Assembly: GCA_038209745.1 (NCBI GenBank)
Contig: JBBQXJ010000043.1
Coordinates: forward strand, 1-37,035
DNA length: 37,035 nt
Direction: 5' to 3'
DNA from: Verrucomicrobiota bacterium
GTDB lineage: Bacteria > Verrucomicrobiota > Verrucomicrobiia > Limisphaerales > CANJSG01
Shown: positions 36,301 to 36,713 of the stretch, one piece after another
Layout of the letters: each line of letters opens with the position of its first letter
How positions within the stretch are numbered: the first letter of the stretch is position 1
Made by a program: the position numbers and the translations under genes
Notes under the pieces: model-generated
What the model saw: the letters and a program-made list of their open reading frames with translations, nothing else
Databases searched by the model: none
What the model was told of the DNA's origin: nothing

Positions 36301-36681
36301 ATCCCGCCTTCCGAATGGCAGCCGTGGTCGGAGTCCTTGGCTGCGGAGCGTGAAACGTTTGGTGTGTCTGGGCGGTTCGCCATCGGCAATGCCATGCAGG
36401 GCCGTCCACCCGAACGGATCGACGTGTCACCCGTGGAAGGCGTCGGCGACAAGATCCGGATCCAGCTGCCGGCGCCCGGCGACGTTGTTCTCGTGGAAGT
36501 GACCCTGGCCGGCGAAGACGGCGTCATCGGCACCGCAGACGATATTCGCCTGACGGGCGAGGCCGTGAAGTTCTCGATCGATGGCTTGGTTCTTACCGTG
36601 GATCTCGGCTCCGTTGCCGGGCCGGCACGCATCCAGTTCGTGATAGGAGGAGTGGTCTTCGAGGCGGACACGAAGCGGTGA
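1..36681 (+). CDS. Giant multidomain RHS/YD-repeat surface protein (beta-helix, Ig/CARDB/cadherin-like, dockerin, propellers, RHS core, internal cargo, zinc metalloprotease); 5'-partial, >=12,226 aa
   Basis: Frame 1 has no stop from base 1 (ACG CGG GTC ACG GTG GAC, TRVTVDG) to TGA 36679-36681. GC3-biased codons and recognisable domain motifs occur throughout. The GTG at 13 is unlikely to be the real start: TRVTVDGSR matches the internal repeat DRVTVDGAR near 1810, and no signal peptide is present. Confidence 0.95.
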   Translation, partial: TRVTVDGSRFSGFSETTLALPTLRNLTATNNGSGNGYVFVGGTLAADRTLDFGGLVGRVTGSVTVPAGQTLTLIPGLVLKFDQAKYLQVFGTLSAVGTASEKIILTSRHDDTAGGDTNANGSATVPQSGDWWSVYFEPGSGGSQLRFAEIRYAGNQSNPGNPSYYRSAVNLTGVTPSISDLVIRDVDFIGIQFIDSSITLARITINNARSDAFVADLASNPKLITPLVDNNGGNRLVKAGGTLPSDQVWDAGDLVIELTGSIDIPINTTLTIVAGQVVKLRQGLYIQANQGRLIADSTPSLPIVFTGVADDTAGGDSNADGNASSPIAGNWHGVYLTNATADSILRNVEIRYAGNQANPGNPSYFRYALNITGTDARVENVRIADVDYRGVRLQDASSPTVINVSVARARDYAFASDFAITPTMVNITSSSCGRDAFLFDGGTLTSSRRWSFANLPYLFNSSVTVPAGLSLTLDPGLVLKWTNAQYLQVFGTLSAVGTAAQPIILTSRRDDTALGDTFRDGSDGGAAPQRGDWQALYITSTSINTVLDNVDIRYAGNQSNPGNPSYYQDALYLAATATVTRTRIYEADYRGVEIIGAGNATLLDRVTVDGARSEAFRMTLDSVPTLRGLVSSRTGGDRISVSGEYMTVDRTFDGSGLPFHLDGNLIVPAGRTLTLVPGTVLKFGTAKYFQVYGTLNADASAGAADVFTSILDDSAGGDSNADGTATAPLPGQWHGLDFENATSSASILNNFQVRYAGNVANPGNPSYFRASIYFQNGSNATIRNGTIGQGDWRGIRISSSSPTIDSITITDHRDSPIWMDLASDPAITGLQVARNGNNGNNSILVDAGILTSPAAARRWNITVLPYQLTDNITIAAGTTLIVDPGVVVKLPQAKYVLVDGTLLSNGTAANPVIFTSLTDDTALGSIDGTDSTGVAGQWHGLIIQGPGTKLDSTEVRYAGNVANPGNPSYFRGAVYIRNTVIADNLTVRDSDSTGIILDSGASNLTLTNSRIFRSGVNDTGAWAVVDENGPLTATALNVAGGRNGIWVKNNPTATVMVTGSSFTGLTGTAARNDRNDFTSLVATGDWWGDAGGPNDPSNADGRVNNNPSGLKVGDFVDYSGFLTARPPLPGGLRVIALAPGTTNIPPSALTVTFSGPVLESSLTPARIVITGPLGVVVPVTGVTAETSSRFSLALPPGLAAGTYVVRIDALVLDSQGFPLDSPFTGGFVLDSTAPTVVSQTPTGTATSAFSQIVVKFSKAMDPATLTPLAALLAGPAGDIRILSVTRINDTDYAFGFNQQAINGTYALTIQNSVKDRSGNALAAVYVGSFVLDRAALRITGQMPGGSINTPLSSVDITFNAAILAGSFTPLSVQIVGPLGTVTATGVSRVSDTVYRITVPTQFANGTYTFTIGPSITDPAGVAMDQNADGVPGTFSDRYTGTVTVNNVGPTIVAQSPTGAPAAPAGSDFVQITFAAPIRPETLTADDVQLTGPGGTPVVVTGIEAVTGSVYRVRFAPLAVTGGYTLKVGPTVFDLLGNGMAAVYTGTFTIDAEPFFIVSSSPTTGVTTPFSSITVTFNKDVNASSFTAADAVLTGPNGVVTISSISQLNARMFNLNFASQTTVGAYSLAVGPAILDLTGNNLDQNQNGAFGEVADVFTATLALTLPNLATQEFTAPAVVSAGQTVTFTWTDANTGSAAVPFGRTDQLFLSKSGVFGASDNIVIGQVVPPGTLAPGASDALSFQWTPSFFLSGTYTVFLRTDWANVIFETNEADNAASRVVTISSARPPVNLVALGVTAPGDAQSGQTISLSYSLTNSGSGVVSGKTWNDRIYVGTGAGLDGSARLLASIPTSITLGSDATATVNVTVILPVDLTAGNYRFFVQLNTDSAVDESGFTSDNTGSSGLVALSLAPVADLVATGVAGPAGANAGTTTTVSWTVTNNGAAPAVGTVLDRIYLSTDGSLNNATLVGEFPDALNLGVGGSMSRSLDVTVPARAPGSYRFVVVTNSDNAIFERGATGNNLDASASVFVLTAPDLVAVGVSPLGAAQSGTAATVGFTVRNDGDGPASGSVSDRIFISKTAGLDGSSVLLGTDVHSVSLSAGTSEARSVNVVLPNGLSGSWFIVVVTNATGSVAEGNSANNTGVSTGFPVALAPYADLTVTTVGAPTQVVGNPADINVSWTVSNSGTGTGSQSTWTDRVIISKNATLGSGAGDTVVGEFLHDGAVPVGLSYSESKTIQLPANLEGRYYVFVVTDALAQVYQFTNTASDTGRSSAPVEISKRPYADLVVHDVTAPATGLSGQLVSISWTVANNGIAQTDAENWSDQVLVSKNGDGTGLRYLGAFSRTGILRVGDSYQRTVEVRLPQDLSGAYYVYVITAGGGTPYEAFRTDNNSGRSGPLNITLVPPPRGDLEVTRIDSVTQAFDGQSIDVSWSVRNNGPESLTAGFSDALYLVPSGAVGLQGAKELVRLSRPDGLGSGLSYSRTVNVPLFSKISGVYTLVVVTDVDGTADFVDSTNNRLSSAALTIVLRDRPYLQVTQASGPTATVTERTVVDVTWTVTNLGTAATQVGGSRWSDGVYLSLDGQLDNGDTLLGSKVNGSALAVGQAYSSTGSFVLPKGVAGNAFIIIKADTAGQVDQQPRPGVGYFVIPIAINAVPVPPSDLVTRGVSAPPQAFDNTTITVRYNVANLGIGVTSSGSWTDQIWLTLAKDRPNPNRGDIFLGAFGHSGALAVGQSYDAAVDVHLPQGMRGSFFITVWTNSGLQVFETALDVNLNPDAVGDLQGNNFKATPIQVLQQPSADLVVTQVTAPVKMVAGQQVTVSWTVENQGAIPTNIDRWMDSVYLANGPTLGSPGSNPVRIFAAPNFGVLNPGQSYTQNATFTLPPSATGSYVIVQTNEEPFAIVPDDNQLLSEVDAIIRRAEAAFGKPLSQINLSDVGQLTRGQVLQILTGPGQSAPGRVYEGPYTDNNERSAATTVINRAPDLRVTAISATPTTFSGEQITVNWTVTNVGTEPVYSGTKGWDDWALLSDRDTFSTDTVSPLGSATHLSPAPLMPGESYTASITVRVPEGIEGVRYVFVATDPAVGFQNGFHISLEPLGPASFPGWPSAFVHRVWEGEDKRNNFSANAPVNIVYREADLKIVSAGGPTAADSGSTLTVDYSATNAGTRATRTDSWSDRVFLSRDPTLDSTDKLVGSTTHHGALTVGESYSGTVDLRLPDNIGGTFYLIVVANSGTYDNSYDPSIFPGALVFGSPGLNEYRNLEPNSTTLPLTVNAVPLPDLRVGSVVAPERALQGQGFTVTWTVTNSGPGGVPDRQVPWTDRVYLSRDQTLDLSNDLFIGSVDRTMPLASGASYSVTRDYSLPRGITGGYYVFVVTDLADGYRPRGRVVESNENNNALVSSVPMLIDLPPPTDLVIDSVVGPTNLSVGGTGTLTLTVSNRGSVAAIGSWFDSVYVSADTRWDVGDALLGTANPPQGGRTLQPGQSYTVQIPFTMPATLPGNYRFIGRTDVFKDINEGPRTDNNTTVAVDAVTVSVPTLTLGVPLTTDLPSKGELLFQLVVPADQTVLVALQSLGGGGANELYVRRGNLPSSQVFDAAFPGGLQSDQTAIIPTTVAGTYYVLVRSQGGAAVSQIKLTAQALPFGISGVTPDEVGAGRFATVTVTGAQFSPQATVKLIRPQFGEYVPVNYTVVDATRIVAVFDLRNAPLGLYDLQVANPNGAVAILPYRFMVSTALPLDATVGLGGPDEILLSKAGFPNATYSFSLLSLTNIDAPYVFLQFGVPRLANSSNVIPGERLLFQSNLGGTPGVDGVPWANLSSALNLNGVLTASGFAYDFNAKGFGALTFGVEIYPELKRLLKENPKFLEQLSDSDLASLKFNFYIFASATPMTSAEYVAFQRQRANDLRTKILLEPTAPQALRAVASDQATFADFYLASLEKAGVLRAVDTPPSARTAAVFDSDVAVMVAGLLGNTSGAGVVSSSVDGLAGFFDLIRKWAGNQPDAYGGSALPDRSSYDLGLSSATHFEAFRIRVKVPDDFFADSSFNGDDAGQTVDNSLNLGGLFSGSAASSPGVTIRGPSGFGSGNVLPGGYALPYVIQYTASPLASSTVRELRVVERIDPSLDVRSFQLAALRLGDLTVDIPAGRGAFSGEFNYVADRGYILQVVAGVDVVERVATWTVRAIDADTGLATDLPNVGLLKPGQTAEFGYTIKALPEAVTGTVVTAQARVFADQLDAVDTNRISAILDTAAPTTTVSSGGAGNTWLVEWSAVDDPGGSGVRDYTVFVSVDGRIYSALQIRTTNTRFTYNAPDGVVPSFLVLAKDNAGNVEVAPDGVSLPIYGSGVNLGSASLEQPSSVEPLPRLNPVAASPLNALFLRSLAGIPGPVPVTRLPDFTRVIDPFAAASFARGLGSSGAGIGALGVAVGHDGRVWVTGGGGRNEIYLLGPGGGPVGSPLATLDTPVYALVFDRDGQLWATSGGGQLLQLDPETGGVIDRYGSGITLGLAADPSSSTLYVASASGVQKFDTVSRKFTPFSATRVEGLAVGPGGTLYGIQWPDGGDLITFDRRGRASVVLDLGGQGIGLAFGTAGSRLDGLLFVSRTNGALTVVDTASLSTTVIASGAGRGAFVTAGTDGRIYIAGRNGVDVLFPASAPTVIASDPANGQGVQGNVNRISITFDATMYRGGTTDPRSVLNPSNYRIIDMATGQPVPVGAVLYDEATRKAELVFEPLAPSSYELRVLATVQDDLGNALGTPYSAGFAVVQDQTVALGGSVQYANTRIDRGAGTISFDVRVLNSTAEALGGPVRISFLSIAAQGLTFVNGVGAAAPASIDLVPSTGILAVGANTAWATVTVRDPAAVDLDFSSIKVETGVSPARRPLFQTSAPTVATVGDPFRYDVGAIDPRGGPIRYVLINGPTGASLDSTTGLLTWNPSSGDSAAQPFEVRAIDGTGAYARQTFTVAVSGTNAAPFLAVVADQKVAEGGLLSVRFAAVDPEGQPVTLWVDSLPAGATFDAATNTLRWRPLGGQAGLYPGVSVTATDGVVRTTRTFQITVTPANQPPEFAVPIDRSVNEGSTLTFQLRATDPEGSPLTFSSDALPTGAVLVPATGVFTWTPQFYQHGVYQVPVKVGDGQSSVARTFTITVANLNGPVQFVALDPLTVRAGQAFQVRVVAIDSNVPPTGEGTSLTQAPSTSPAQTLAYTFDALPAGAAYDPVTQLLTWTPTPAQAGVTTIQFAARNDGDGTGTPNSATQTVRIEVLAVNIAPVVAPISNQSVATGGSLVIPVASVDANGNPIVLSVEGLPSFATFTDFGNGTGRIVADPQPTQRGNYTITIRAADNGNGVPTEVLTGVMSFVLSVTSVNEPPVMEFIGPSVAVVGEELGFLVRVADLDQDPLIFGATGLPAGAVFEATSVYGIAEFRWTPTAADIGSRSFTLQVQDDGNHGAGAVASSQRTVAVTVRASNTAPTLGAVVPQTVAQGGALSFSLAGLDPDGDVVSYRATGLPRGALLDPQSGVFSWKPDFAQAGTFAFTVSVGDGNRSASRTVSVTVNVTPQRPQIVPGPQVLGQEGLTLAFQVYGNDPNGGTLSWSAQNLPKGAVFNPANQTFTWAPGYADQGLYTLVFSARNAAGLEASTSALVQILNVNRPPVFNAPPAHQVVAGNDLSVQLVAVDPDAGSTLTYTAVNLPTGATFDPATGTLHWKPGGVQAGRYDIPISVSDGSLAVTQVLPIFVTAQAQVPVVRIEVTPGFAVVPGATVVLQATAAGLAPITGISVFVDGVARILDNLGRVTLVPTQPGRIIVTATATDADGYVGQGSAEILVRDPLDRTAPAVTLEVPPLDSVLRGPLEVLGSVSDVNLEFWRVELSPLGGGAARVLGNGTTVPTGALGLIDTTRLENGPYLLSLVARDMGGRSSRIDRVVEINSTDKGAAFVRVETDVTAILDGVLVPITRRYSSLLADNDGLFGPGWQFVLAEPRFASNVPGTGHETDGIYNAFTAGARVYATLPDGTRTAFQFTPQAIVVGGLTFYQPKWTAVDAGAGFTLSSGAALLELRGGAFYQVGTGLPYNPASGRFTGADFVLTATGGTRYSYDADSGLKEVTASNGTTLVWTDGGFIAPNGDRLVVEKAASGHVARVAAPNGDSAIYSYAANGALLQVTRLEAGKRTWLGYRADGGRLLTEVAGENGVSVRYDGTGAVAGVDPIRAVEGTSRQFLGNSASGSLASGGDDLYAIIVGASELASASNGLVTLAIQITGTGGFNPAAAGLRGATPVFTSTAAGTSLALYTLRTAGPLTLEITGADATTAGGYSVRITIAGDVNGDAAVDAADETQFNAAFGTTTGQAGYVASADFDGNGVIDSADRAYLQAGFGFVADRAPVAKGASFTTAGGVPVAVDLGALATDPQGSKLFFTVGTVTGGTVRLLDGTHTAVFTPTPGFVGPGGFDLRADNLSLGTATVRVAVEMLATPLANLRFSAANAPNLDLGSLSRLDVLADLPNGETLTLGPGQFTVSTSDPSVVQVAQDGSLFATAVGHATVVFDLGGGKKLATAVTVGGADNRQVEFFPEGYALQAGGTRQFLVKERTNDAYLDRSSAGDGSLYFTSDPAVATINAAGLLTAFRNGEVTVTTVNGGQSRQVRVVISVALPSGGLIGAAGGLIASGGVTVGVPAGAFDGPTPVVVTPLAPAAAGLAAPDGWVVGNGVHIEWGNGSPGGPYSLEMPAPSGSHPGDVVYLMAPITLKPGLGQPDVQGWLSLDTMVVGDDGMMRTTSPPNLGLAAKRQFLTNYNLYVAQALGISAFALTAGTAGGAVGIGVATILTTQAALIPLLAIAEYRLAIGANRGPSIYALSNGMGVITGALVDAPTGYKVTVSRVDQDGLRTVFAQDAVKVAPGTSVTFSIDVPGAAIVQPDRAPTVTGATFDFGINPDLPLPRLVLAGTDFLATQNNPAAGPLGTRVEDLYVTFEVGGRDTLNPDGTINQVGGRDVVVLGTRLSMEGNDHLVVPVPAGAQIAGATITVTRPTMLPRDGKYQRQEFTSNGVQLVVQSRYVFTANGGAGSVSIFDSLATTTFTPVLNGTPGDPLVKFDPREVARVALSDPVDGAPRNITVTADGTRAYVTFDGTNKIAVLDALVLHQIDVDGDLAGIQSITLPGGAQVWDVAVEKGGRYLYASDSAKGVVYVVDIDPHSPTYNHYIQNLYVNPAPLGLRGIALNSDDSRLYLTAPGRTIFGQYGASDGRVLVIDTNVATRKAPVFTPSVSTILTVGPEPYDITGTDDPNVMLLVDRMSDSQGVGILRRSVVAAGGVALHDVNFLSLLGFGQVPRFIEGRATQVFGLTNASGIAYVPANSLPGLDGKPFTHPGYAFISTYNRFTPGDPKRDPALGPILAYNYYYSNSSGSPIGVPLAAGSNVGVIRNPLGSFSDVSATPRIVAATSPVANGFADSIAVSPLSGIVMVPMQGQNRVYAYSAATIVRTVELEAKGDPVRDFSQLNPGEEIPAALSRLLRGPLSSIPIDIYQRAVGLRSSFGYYQNNPGELLLGVPPTGPYGETPNAFTPISAPRLPRGIAATPILRGDPLELLETPYNQAPTLLSFPSDPLSVPAGTTAMAEVHTGSLREFHAMPTYSSVGVNRGATLVYDSLRAEARPIYYFNFGGLPSDPAARLVVRLTLRLGDQVYTADGLSAEQAATLGLRTGDNFFKLPTGGGPTDTFGGAIQIDMTDVETGLYSLSLEYGVFTERDGRWTEGRFTTFTQPYVVVNEKKSQFGAGWGLSGYQQIYAGDGGVALVDGNGQEQIFQAPRVAGDPFTSRSSADYSVLKQQGDGTFERRMLDGTIYVFDAKGRISTVTDRNNNATRYNYAGDMLASIVDPVGLTTVFEPGGSRTSAIRDPAGRTLRFSYDGSGNVIRLTDPDNSACTFSYENASFKYLMTGEVQKRGASSGAYPDEPLPADQFKETFSYDKFGRLSGGKRADGKSFIITPAQVFAVFSVPDTTDPSKAPTVVKLATTRDPEKLAKSEAVSSYTGFDGAKIQYGLSAFGQLIRSEDGEGRVTISARDANGLIKTETDAVGNLTTSLYDLFNNLSMRIDAVGTASWTYDPTKFNRLVSHTDETGRKTDYDIDPASGDIKSIKITAAPGQNAGGLETSTAMFTYYPNGLVHTLKDALGNKVSSTYDAYGRLTEVVQPDLTSRSQTYVDLAGTVGSVVDESGNRTELEYDRMNRATVRRAFSTDASGARVTYAWSEAYDAAGNIIRRVDSNGNITLFEYDRLNRVSKRVEGASGSVSGDLNITTLFGYERGALATTYSLPAAEAGSTYKYVKDPLGYVSVQIFDRFGDVRYSIDNLGRVTETRFDLARHPIATILPDGSRITYKVDSRGRVVSQSGPTTESVSFEYDGANNVILRTVANTGGDQVTTTAYNLFDKPTRVTDAEGNVTVMEYDGAGRLVKATQAFGTPDVFVTELTVDTRGRITKQVIQGTATTGFEYSGTGKLVFSTDARGFTSSYGYDGLDRLVRETNAAGEIVLTSYDGEGNKLSMIDGRARGDASNTAFRTSFAYDAVNRLVRMTDPLGGVTIREYDAASNLIATVDARGGGNAADARYRTQYFYDAAKRRLRMIDAESGITVYEYNLLDDRTLIVDPRAGGVKGRGYDTVMTYDSSRRLQSRTDALGQITNYFYDKVGNLVRVSGPQSAIHDTFYAYDKLNRRTSAETGADRKDGVATKTAYDAFGLVVATTDVLGHVSQYTYDSLKHLASRTDAAGTADARTTRFDNDALGNVTRIHDPRGAFYDIVREYDGLGRVVHETRNTGLPDGPGPVYDVRTTYDLAGNVTQVTDPKGGGLVVKYEYDALNRRVRSVNQAGNQTVFSFDAVGDLVAVVDARGKGDPGASGYRTTYAYDGLKRNVRIVDPLGGITLMAYDAVGNQISVTTPLAQGSAANGFTTRVAYDALNRMVSRTDAEGNRTGYKYNEIGLVTKIIDPRSDVGTGGDYSTSISYDDRNHESARTVTLGIGGGDPAASRTVYDALGNLISRQDARGAYYTTTYAYDALNRMVSMTVPGGSAEEHGDPLVTHYAYDAADNVTSTTDPRGFTVTQTWDPFGRRMSMTLPGGDGALPAKTSYTYDASGNLLTMTDPRGDYYTTVTTYDVLNRPSTVTHPAGTPGEPGLPQIVRYSYDEVGNVVGTTVVRYGLTGFIDRVTGTDFDALNRAVRTTDPLGYVTEYGYDEDGDVLTTTYRPAEGSTERVVTNTYDQLGRVISKVDAGGYTTTMAYDAVGNVVRKAGPYAGSSGGPYVTVMVYDAGSRLRSATDAEGYVYRYEYDAVGNRTAENDGRGDYYRTTHTYDARNLLLSSTSPTGSPASSGLAVTTSYVYDGSGNLTKMVDPRGSAFATEYFYDAQNRLVRLNVVAGSPGSPVVQTESYTYDAVGNRLTETDQRGASYATSSTYDAFNRAVSRTIPAGPQDAPRNVTETMVYDTDGNLVRHVGFGGAEFVTEMSYDALGRMVRQIDAEGIAQTRTYDRFGNVLSVTTPLGTSESKFDALNRPSTVKDALGEITSYAYDAARHITTVTDPLANATVMEYDGLGRLVRQTDAASKSDRYGYDAVGNRVLTIDRRGTKTVYEYDARNLLLATTEAAGTPDSAVMTSAYDNMGWLVRQTGYSGSDQTIDYQRDNLGRVVVRTTATTTNDAIVETMSYDAIGNLVRYVPGRGEAFAVENTYDRRSQLVATRKNAGTAAAPLLATELTTYDDAGRAVEMLDALGQKTKRTYDRINRQTSETVITSEAFGGQLLSTWSYEYVSGTLRVTYRDALRSVADLIVYDSVGRLVRRENREAGLTVNEYDKAGNLVATSTGLIARSYKFDSLNRRIKTLDEAGNIIAEAYDEVGNIVKRTDAEGNVTTFTFDRRNRQVSMTDARRATTVTAYDGSGNVVSITDPNGNVTSYTYDLANRRLTDGTVFGTRVFAYDADGNMVASKDRNGRQIGYTYDGLGRRRTEVWVDGAGPDQNITFTSVFDADGRLVAISDGRWSSTFTFSPDARNLLTGETILGPAGFGSARLDWTFDVVGMATSVSVSLNGAMNPAVRTDYSFDAVTHRLVEVAQSGTFAGAKSASYTYAENLFRVGSINRFDGTGAMVVSSVYTYDDRNYVATLTHAGAFENKTLNAYAYQYDGNGYVSHRTDSDGTATFGYDKGTQVVAVSYTSGVFGGEAYTYDAAGNPTASSRQGSVVIGPDNRILSDDASTYDYDAEGNLLRVTSRSDGSFREYAWDFRNRLTSVTAFSGDSSRIKTTSYDYDAMDRRVSLSVAEFPVLIGSAPVTYFIQDRGQVILELSDADGNAGPARAPPTRAFLYGLGVDEPLAQDDGSGRVLWLLADGQHHIRDTADNTGRLTDHFWLDSFGNPLRRNPASLPTRYLFAGREFDPSTGLYYNRARYYDPAAGRFIGKDPIGFAGGDSNLYRYANNNPVNLRDPSGKSPLSFTADQQKAFGFEIGAQRELGRRAAAHGGLNSRQRQALGEAKFQMIDAEAEGRRVQAESTYIGVAEKYYRENYGDSPLGYVFGGLIGAAKLVYGIVDLSAFSIVDAVGYTRQGYGYQPVGMLGNLASQVADETVADGGGFDSYLGRFGGHLLYGATLQPFEGLARALLAGNSAEIGEALFNVGLVVAPAFLGKGGSANSAGRSGFTARAAESLADHATRQIEHFETLPAAKLRGTGVEGITAGVGEAAEGVRPPRATDRWWMPRDDVASTSFQMPKSPRRPGSVENTQPRFRWNPSEGAGEAAFSRPRQPTRPGASGSLLEDGAARPSSGENTGGGAVRNSSTETPVAPAASKQPSAAAKSAAESRETSPATAADGEHAQPTTADASGKMPKEKLEGTTAGESGASGTPEITYPVEGFGQNAGGKREVICTPEAFRMLVASHGKELAKQAVLDLFGVVRDERTGNYNQASSLRVKTAVDELNRLGIDNSYTHRATVESLEAATAAGHPVYARTQGHTFVIDSVYMDKEGQWRFDYRSTNTEVGLGDLNAERKIGEYWATSKYGRNSFTGEAISTRPGFRFEAKGKYAEYDRLIVEGGTEITVNEGRPWESKTRVGGFTGFGDINRVYDSTTAIQGVVHEKPLHPSQYGYDPGTTWRIESQPAKAAAKPGVIPESPLYNEISSRQPQPYNGPTRFNGSVTGSNPRLDPEYNPQAPRGTSGGGSPLVSNLDPNGSPSTTGLSGSSTTAPNQTNSSANTALSSANLTAAIDAARNAWSQVLRSPVSLSLTVVPTTLTPGQLGYSVIDSVGTDGLPSRGTLYIDQGGAGRGWYAGVSAPAGGEKGYDLSTLIAHEMGHLLGFTRNYSGFAGLVATGPGGDRFFAAPGILELLGPDQDHLSSLSRPGSLMTPTLTEGTRRMPSVLEGNMLRAAYTSAAAGALAGITPSFELAAGASGFTAFAAELAAGVAAPQPTLVNGSFSVPGLGWRTIGSATFGSGGIALGEGGGLAISSALQTFIVPDRADSLIFTIASISLGKGSGLPPDAFEAALIDARTGKSILGHTAVGNTDSIINFGGDGAFTLAPGMKLKSGTVGGPDPLVFSLDLSAVPAGTVATLSFDLTGFGAVDSSVRITSAALSQLPSTTGVPRVTSLAFATGEGRALAVPAGLGVLSGATDPLGRPLTATLDGTAHNGVVTLQTDGSFLYTPVPGFVGIDTFFFRALAGNVGSDLGSVTVTVSAAPRQPPVAVDHSYTIPADAAPTRLEVLDGAVSGNVGDVLGVIAVGNATGGVARISSDGTAILYTPLPGFVGRDTFSFTILNSSGLTAMAQVVVMVEPRILPNQPPTFTPGPDQSVPSNGGRIVRTDWATNISPGPANESSQTVAFTLTVDRPELFTELPTVASDGTLSFIPKPGTLGRATVSVVAHDSGGTDNGGSDTSAVRSFTIDVQYVNQPPTYRPGGDVTVNQDSGPQTVGAWAKDIVAGPPGAPVTRVDFAVTNDQPGLFETAPTIGNDGTLRFTPQAGVFGTALVTVVARNDGGTANGGVDSTVPRTFSIRVAALPVIGGVTLGPGGFLWQQLNAPVIASLFASAPDGARVSLSILEGPRWLTLDPTTGQLSGAPRVGDPGLSTVVVAATTGTGGVVSRSFLIGVYRPAIPPSEWQPWSESLAAERETFGVSGRFAIGNAMQGRPPERIDVSPVEGVGDKIRIQLPAPGDVVLVEVTLAGEDGVIGTADDIRLTGEAVKFSIDGLVLTVDLGSVAGPARIQFVIGGVVFEADTKR
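3390..4985 (+). other. Five SbsA/Big_5-like Ig domains (part of the giant CDS)
   Basis: Repeating pattern such as PTVVSQTP...IVVKFSKAMDPATL...GTYALTI...DRSGNAL; units start near 3391, 3697, 4003, 4342 and 4657. Confidence 0.7.
4990..10595 (+). other. Array of 14 CARDB-like domains (part of the giant CDS)
   Basis: xDLxVxxVxAP...VSWTVxNxG...WxDxVYLS...E.NExNN pattern; units start near 4990, 5356, 5734, 6094, 6460, 6844, 7219, 7588, 7972, 8386, 8932, 9397, 9823 and 10222. Confidence 0.8.
10600..11185 (+). other. PPC-like (pre-peptidase C-terminal) domain followed by an IPT/TIG-like domain
   Basis: ANELYVRRGNLPS...AGTYYVLVR (PPC-like), then ISGVTPDEVG...VTVTGAQF...GLYDLQVANPNG (IPT-like). Confidence 0.6.
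12190..13010 (+). other. DUF7619-like beta domain plus FN3-like domain
   Basis: GPSGFG...LPYVIQY...IDPSLDVRSFQL, then APTTTV...WSAVDDPGGSGVRDYTVFVSVDG...AKDNAGNVE. Confidence 0.45.
13180..13935 (+). other. NHL/SMP-30-like beta-propeller
   Basis: Blade-like repeats: LGVAVGHDGRVWVT, ALVFDRDGQLWAT, GLAADPSSSTLYVA, GLAVGPGGTLYG, GTDGRIYIA. Confidence 0.7.
14610..17185 (+). other. Nine cadherin-like / He_PIG putative Ig domains
   Basis: NxxP...V.EG..L.F...A.DPDG..L.[YF]....LP.GA.[FL]D..TG.F.W.P pattern; units start near 14614, 14881, 15154, 15424, 15766, 16066, 16369, 16639 and 16912. Confidence 0.8.
17760..18590 (+). other. First, short RHS-like module (DUF6531-like start plus a few YD repeats)
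   Basis: DVTAILDGVLVPITRRYSS...GLFGPGW, then GTRYSYDADSGLKEVTASNG, YSYAANGALLQV and VRYDGTG. No RHS core follows this module. Confidence 0.6.
18922..19086 (+). other. Dockerin-like domain (two EF-hand-like Ca2+ loops)
   Basis: GDVNGDAAVDAAD...ADFDGNGVIDSAD duplicated motif. Confidence 0.8.
21100..22400 (+). other. YVTN/YncE-type beta-propeller
   Basis: YVFTANGGAGSVSIFD, PRNITVTADGTRAYVT, WDVAVEKGGRYLYASD, LRGIALNSDDSRLYLT, VGPEPYDIT. Confidence 0.7.
22795..31150 (+). repeat. Main RHS/YD-repeat shell (dozens of YD repeats)
   Basis: Starts with GSLREFH..LVYDS and SQFGAGWGL. Continuous YDxxGN...DPRG...YDALNR-type repeats run from ~23400 to ~31100. Confidence 0.92.
31150..31341 (+). other. RHS repeat-associated core with aspartyl autoprotease motif
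   Basis: RYLFAGREFDPSTGLYYNRARYYDPAAGRFIGKDPIGFAGGDSNLYRYANNNPVNLRDPSGK. DPIG is at 31255, PxxxxDPxG at 31312-31338. Confidence 0.95.
32580..33075 (+). other. Putative papain-fold (C39-like) cysteine protease cargo domain
   Basis: GQ(32608)...C(32638)TPEAFRML helix, ATVESLEAATAAGHPVYA, GH(32896)TFVIDSV strand, possible third residue D at 32950. Confidence 0.55.
33630..34140 (+). other. Zinc metalloprotease domain (metzincin; matrixin/leishmanolysin-like)
   Basis: YDLSTLIAHEMGHLLGF (H 33898, E 33901, H 33910), later DH(34030)L and SLM(34063)TPTL as a Met-turn. Confidence 0.75.
34255..36678 (+). other. C-terminal tail: jelly-roll-like domain, 2 Big_9-like, 2 cadherin-like Ig, 1 He_PIG-like and a terminal beta domain
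   Basis: DGSFLYTPVPGFVGIDTF and ILYTPLPGFVGRDTFSFT (Big_9). NQPPTFTPGPDQSV and NQPPTYRPGGDVTV start at 35359 and 35689. GPRWLTLDPTTGQLSGAP (He_PIG) and GEDGVIGTADD follow. Confidence 0.65.
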
Positions 36682-36713
36682 AGCGGATGCCGGGCAAGCG
36701 CCCCGCGGAGCTT

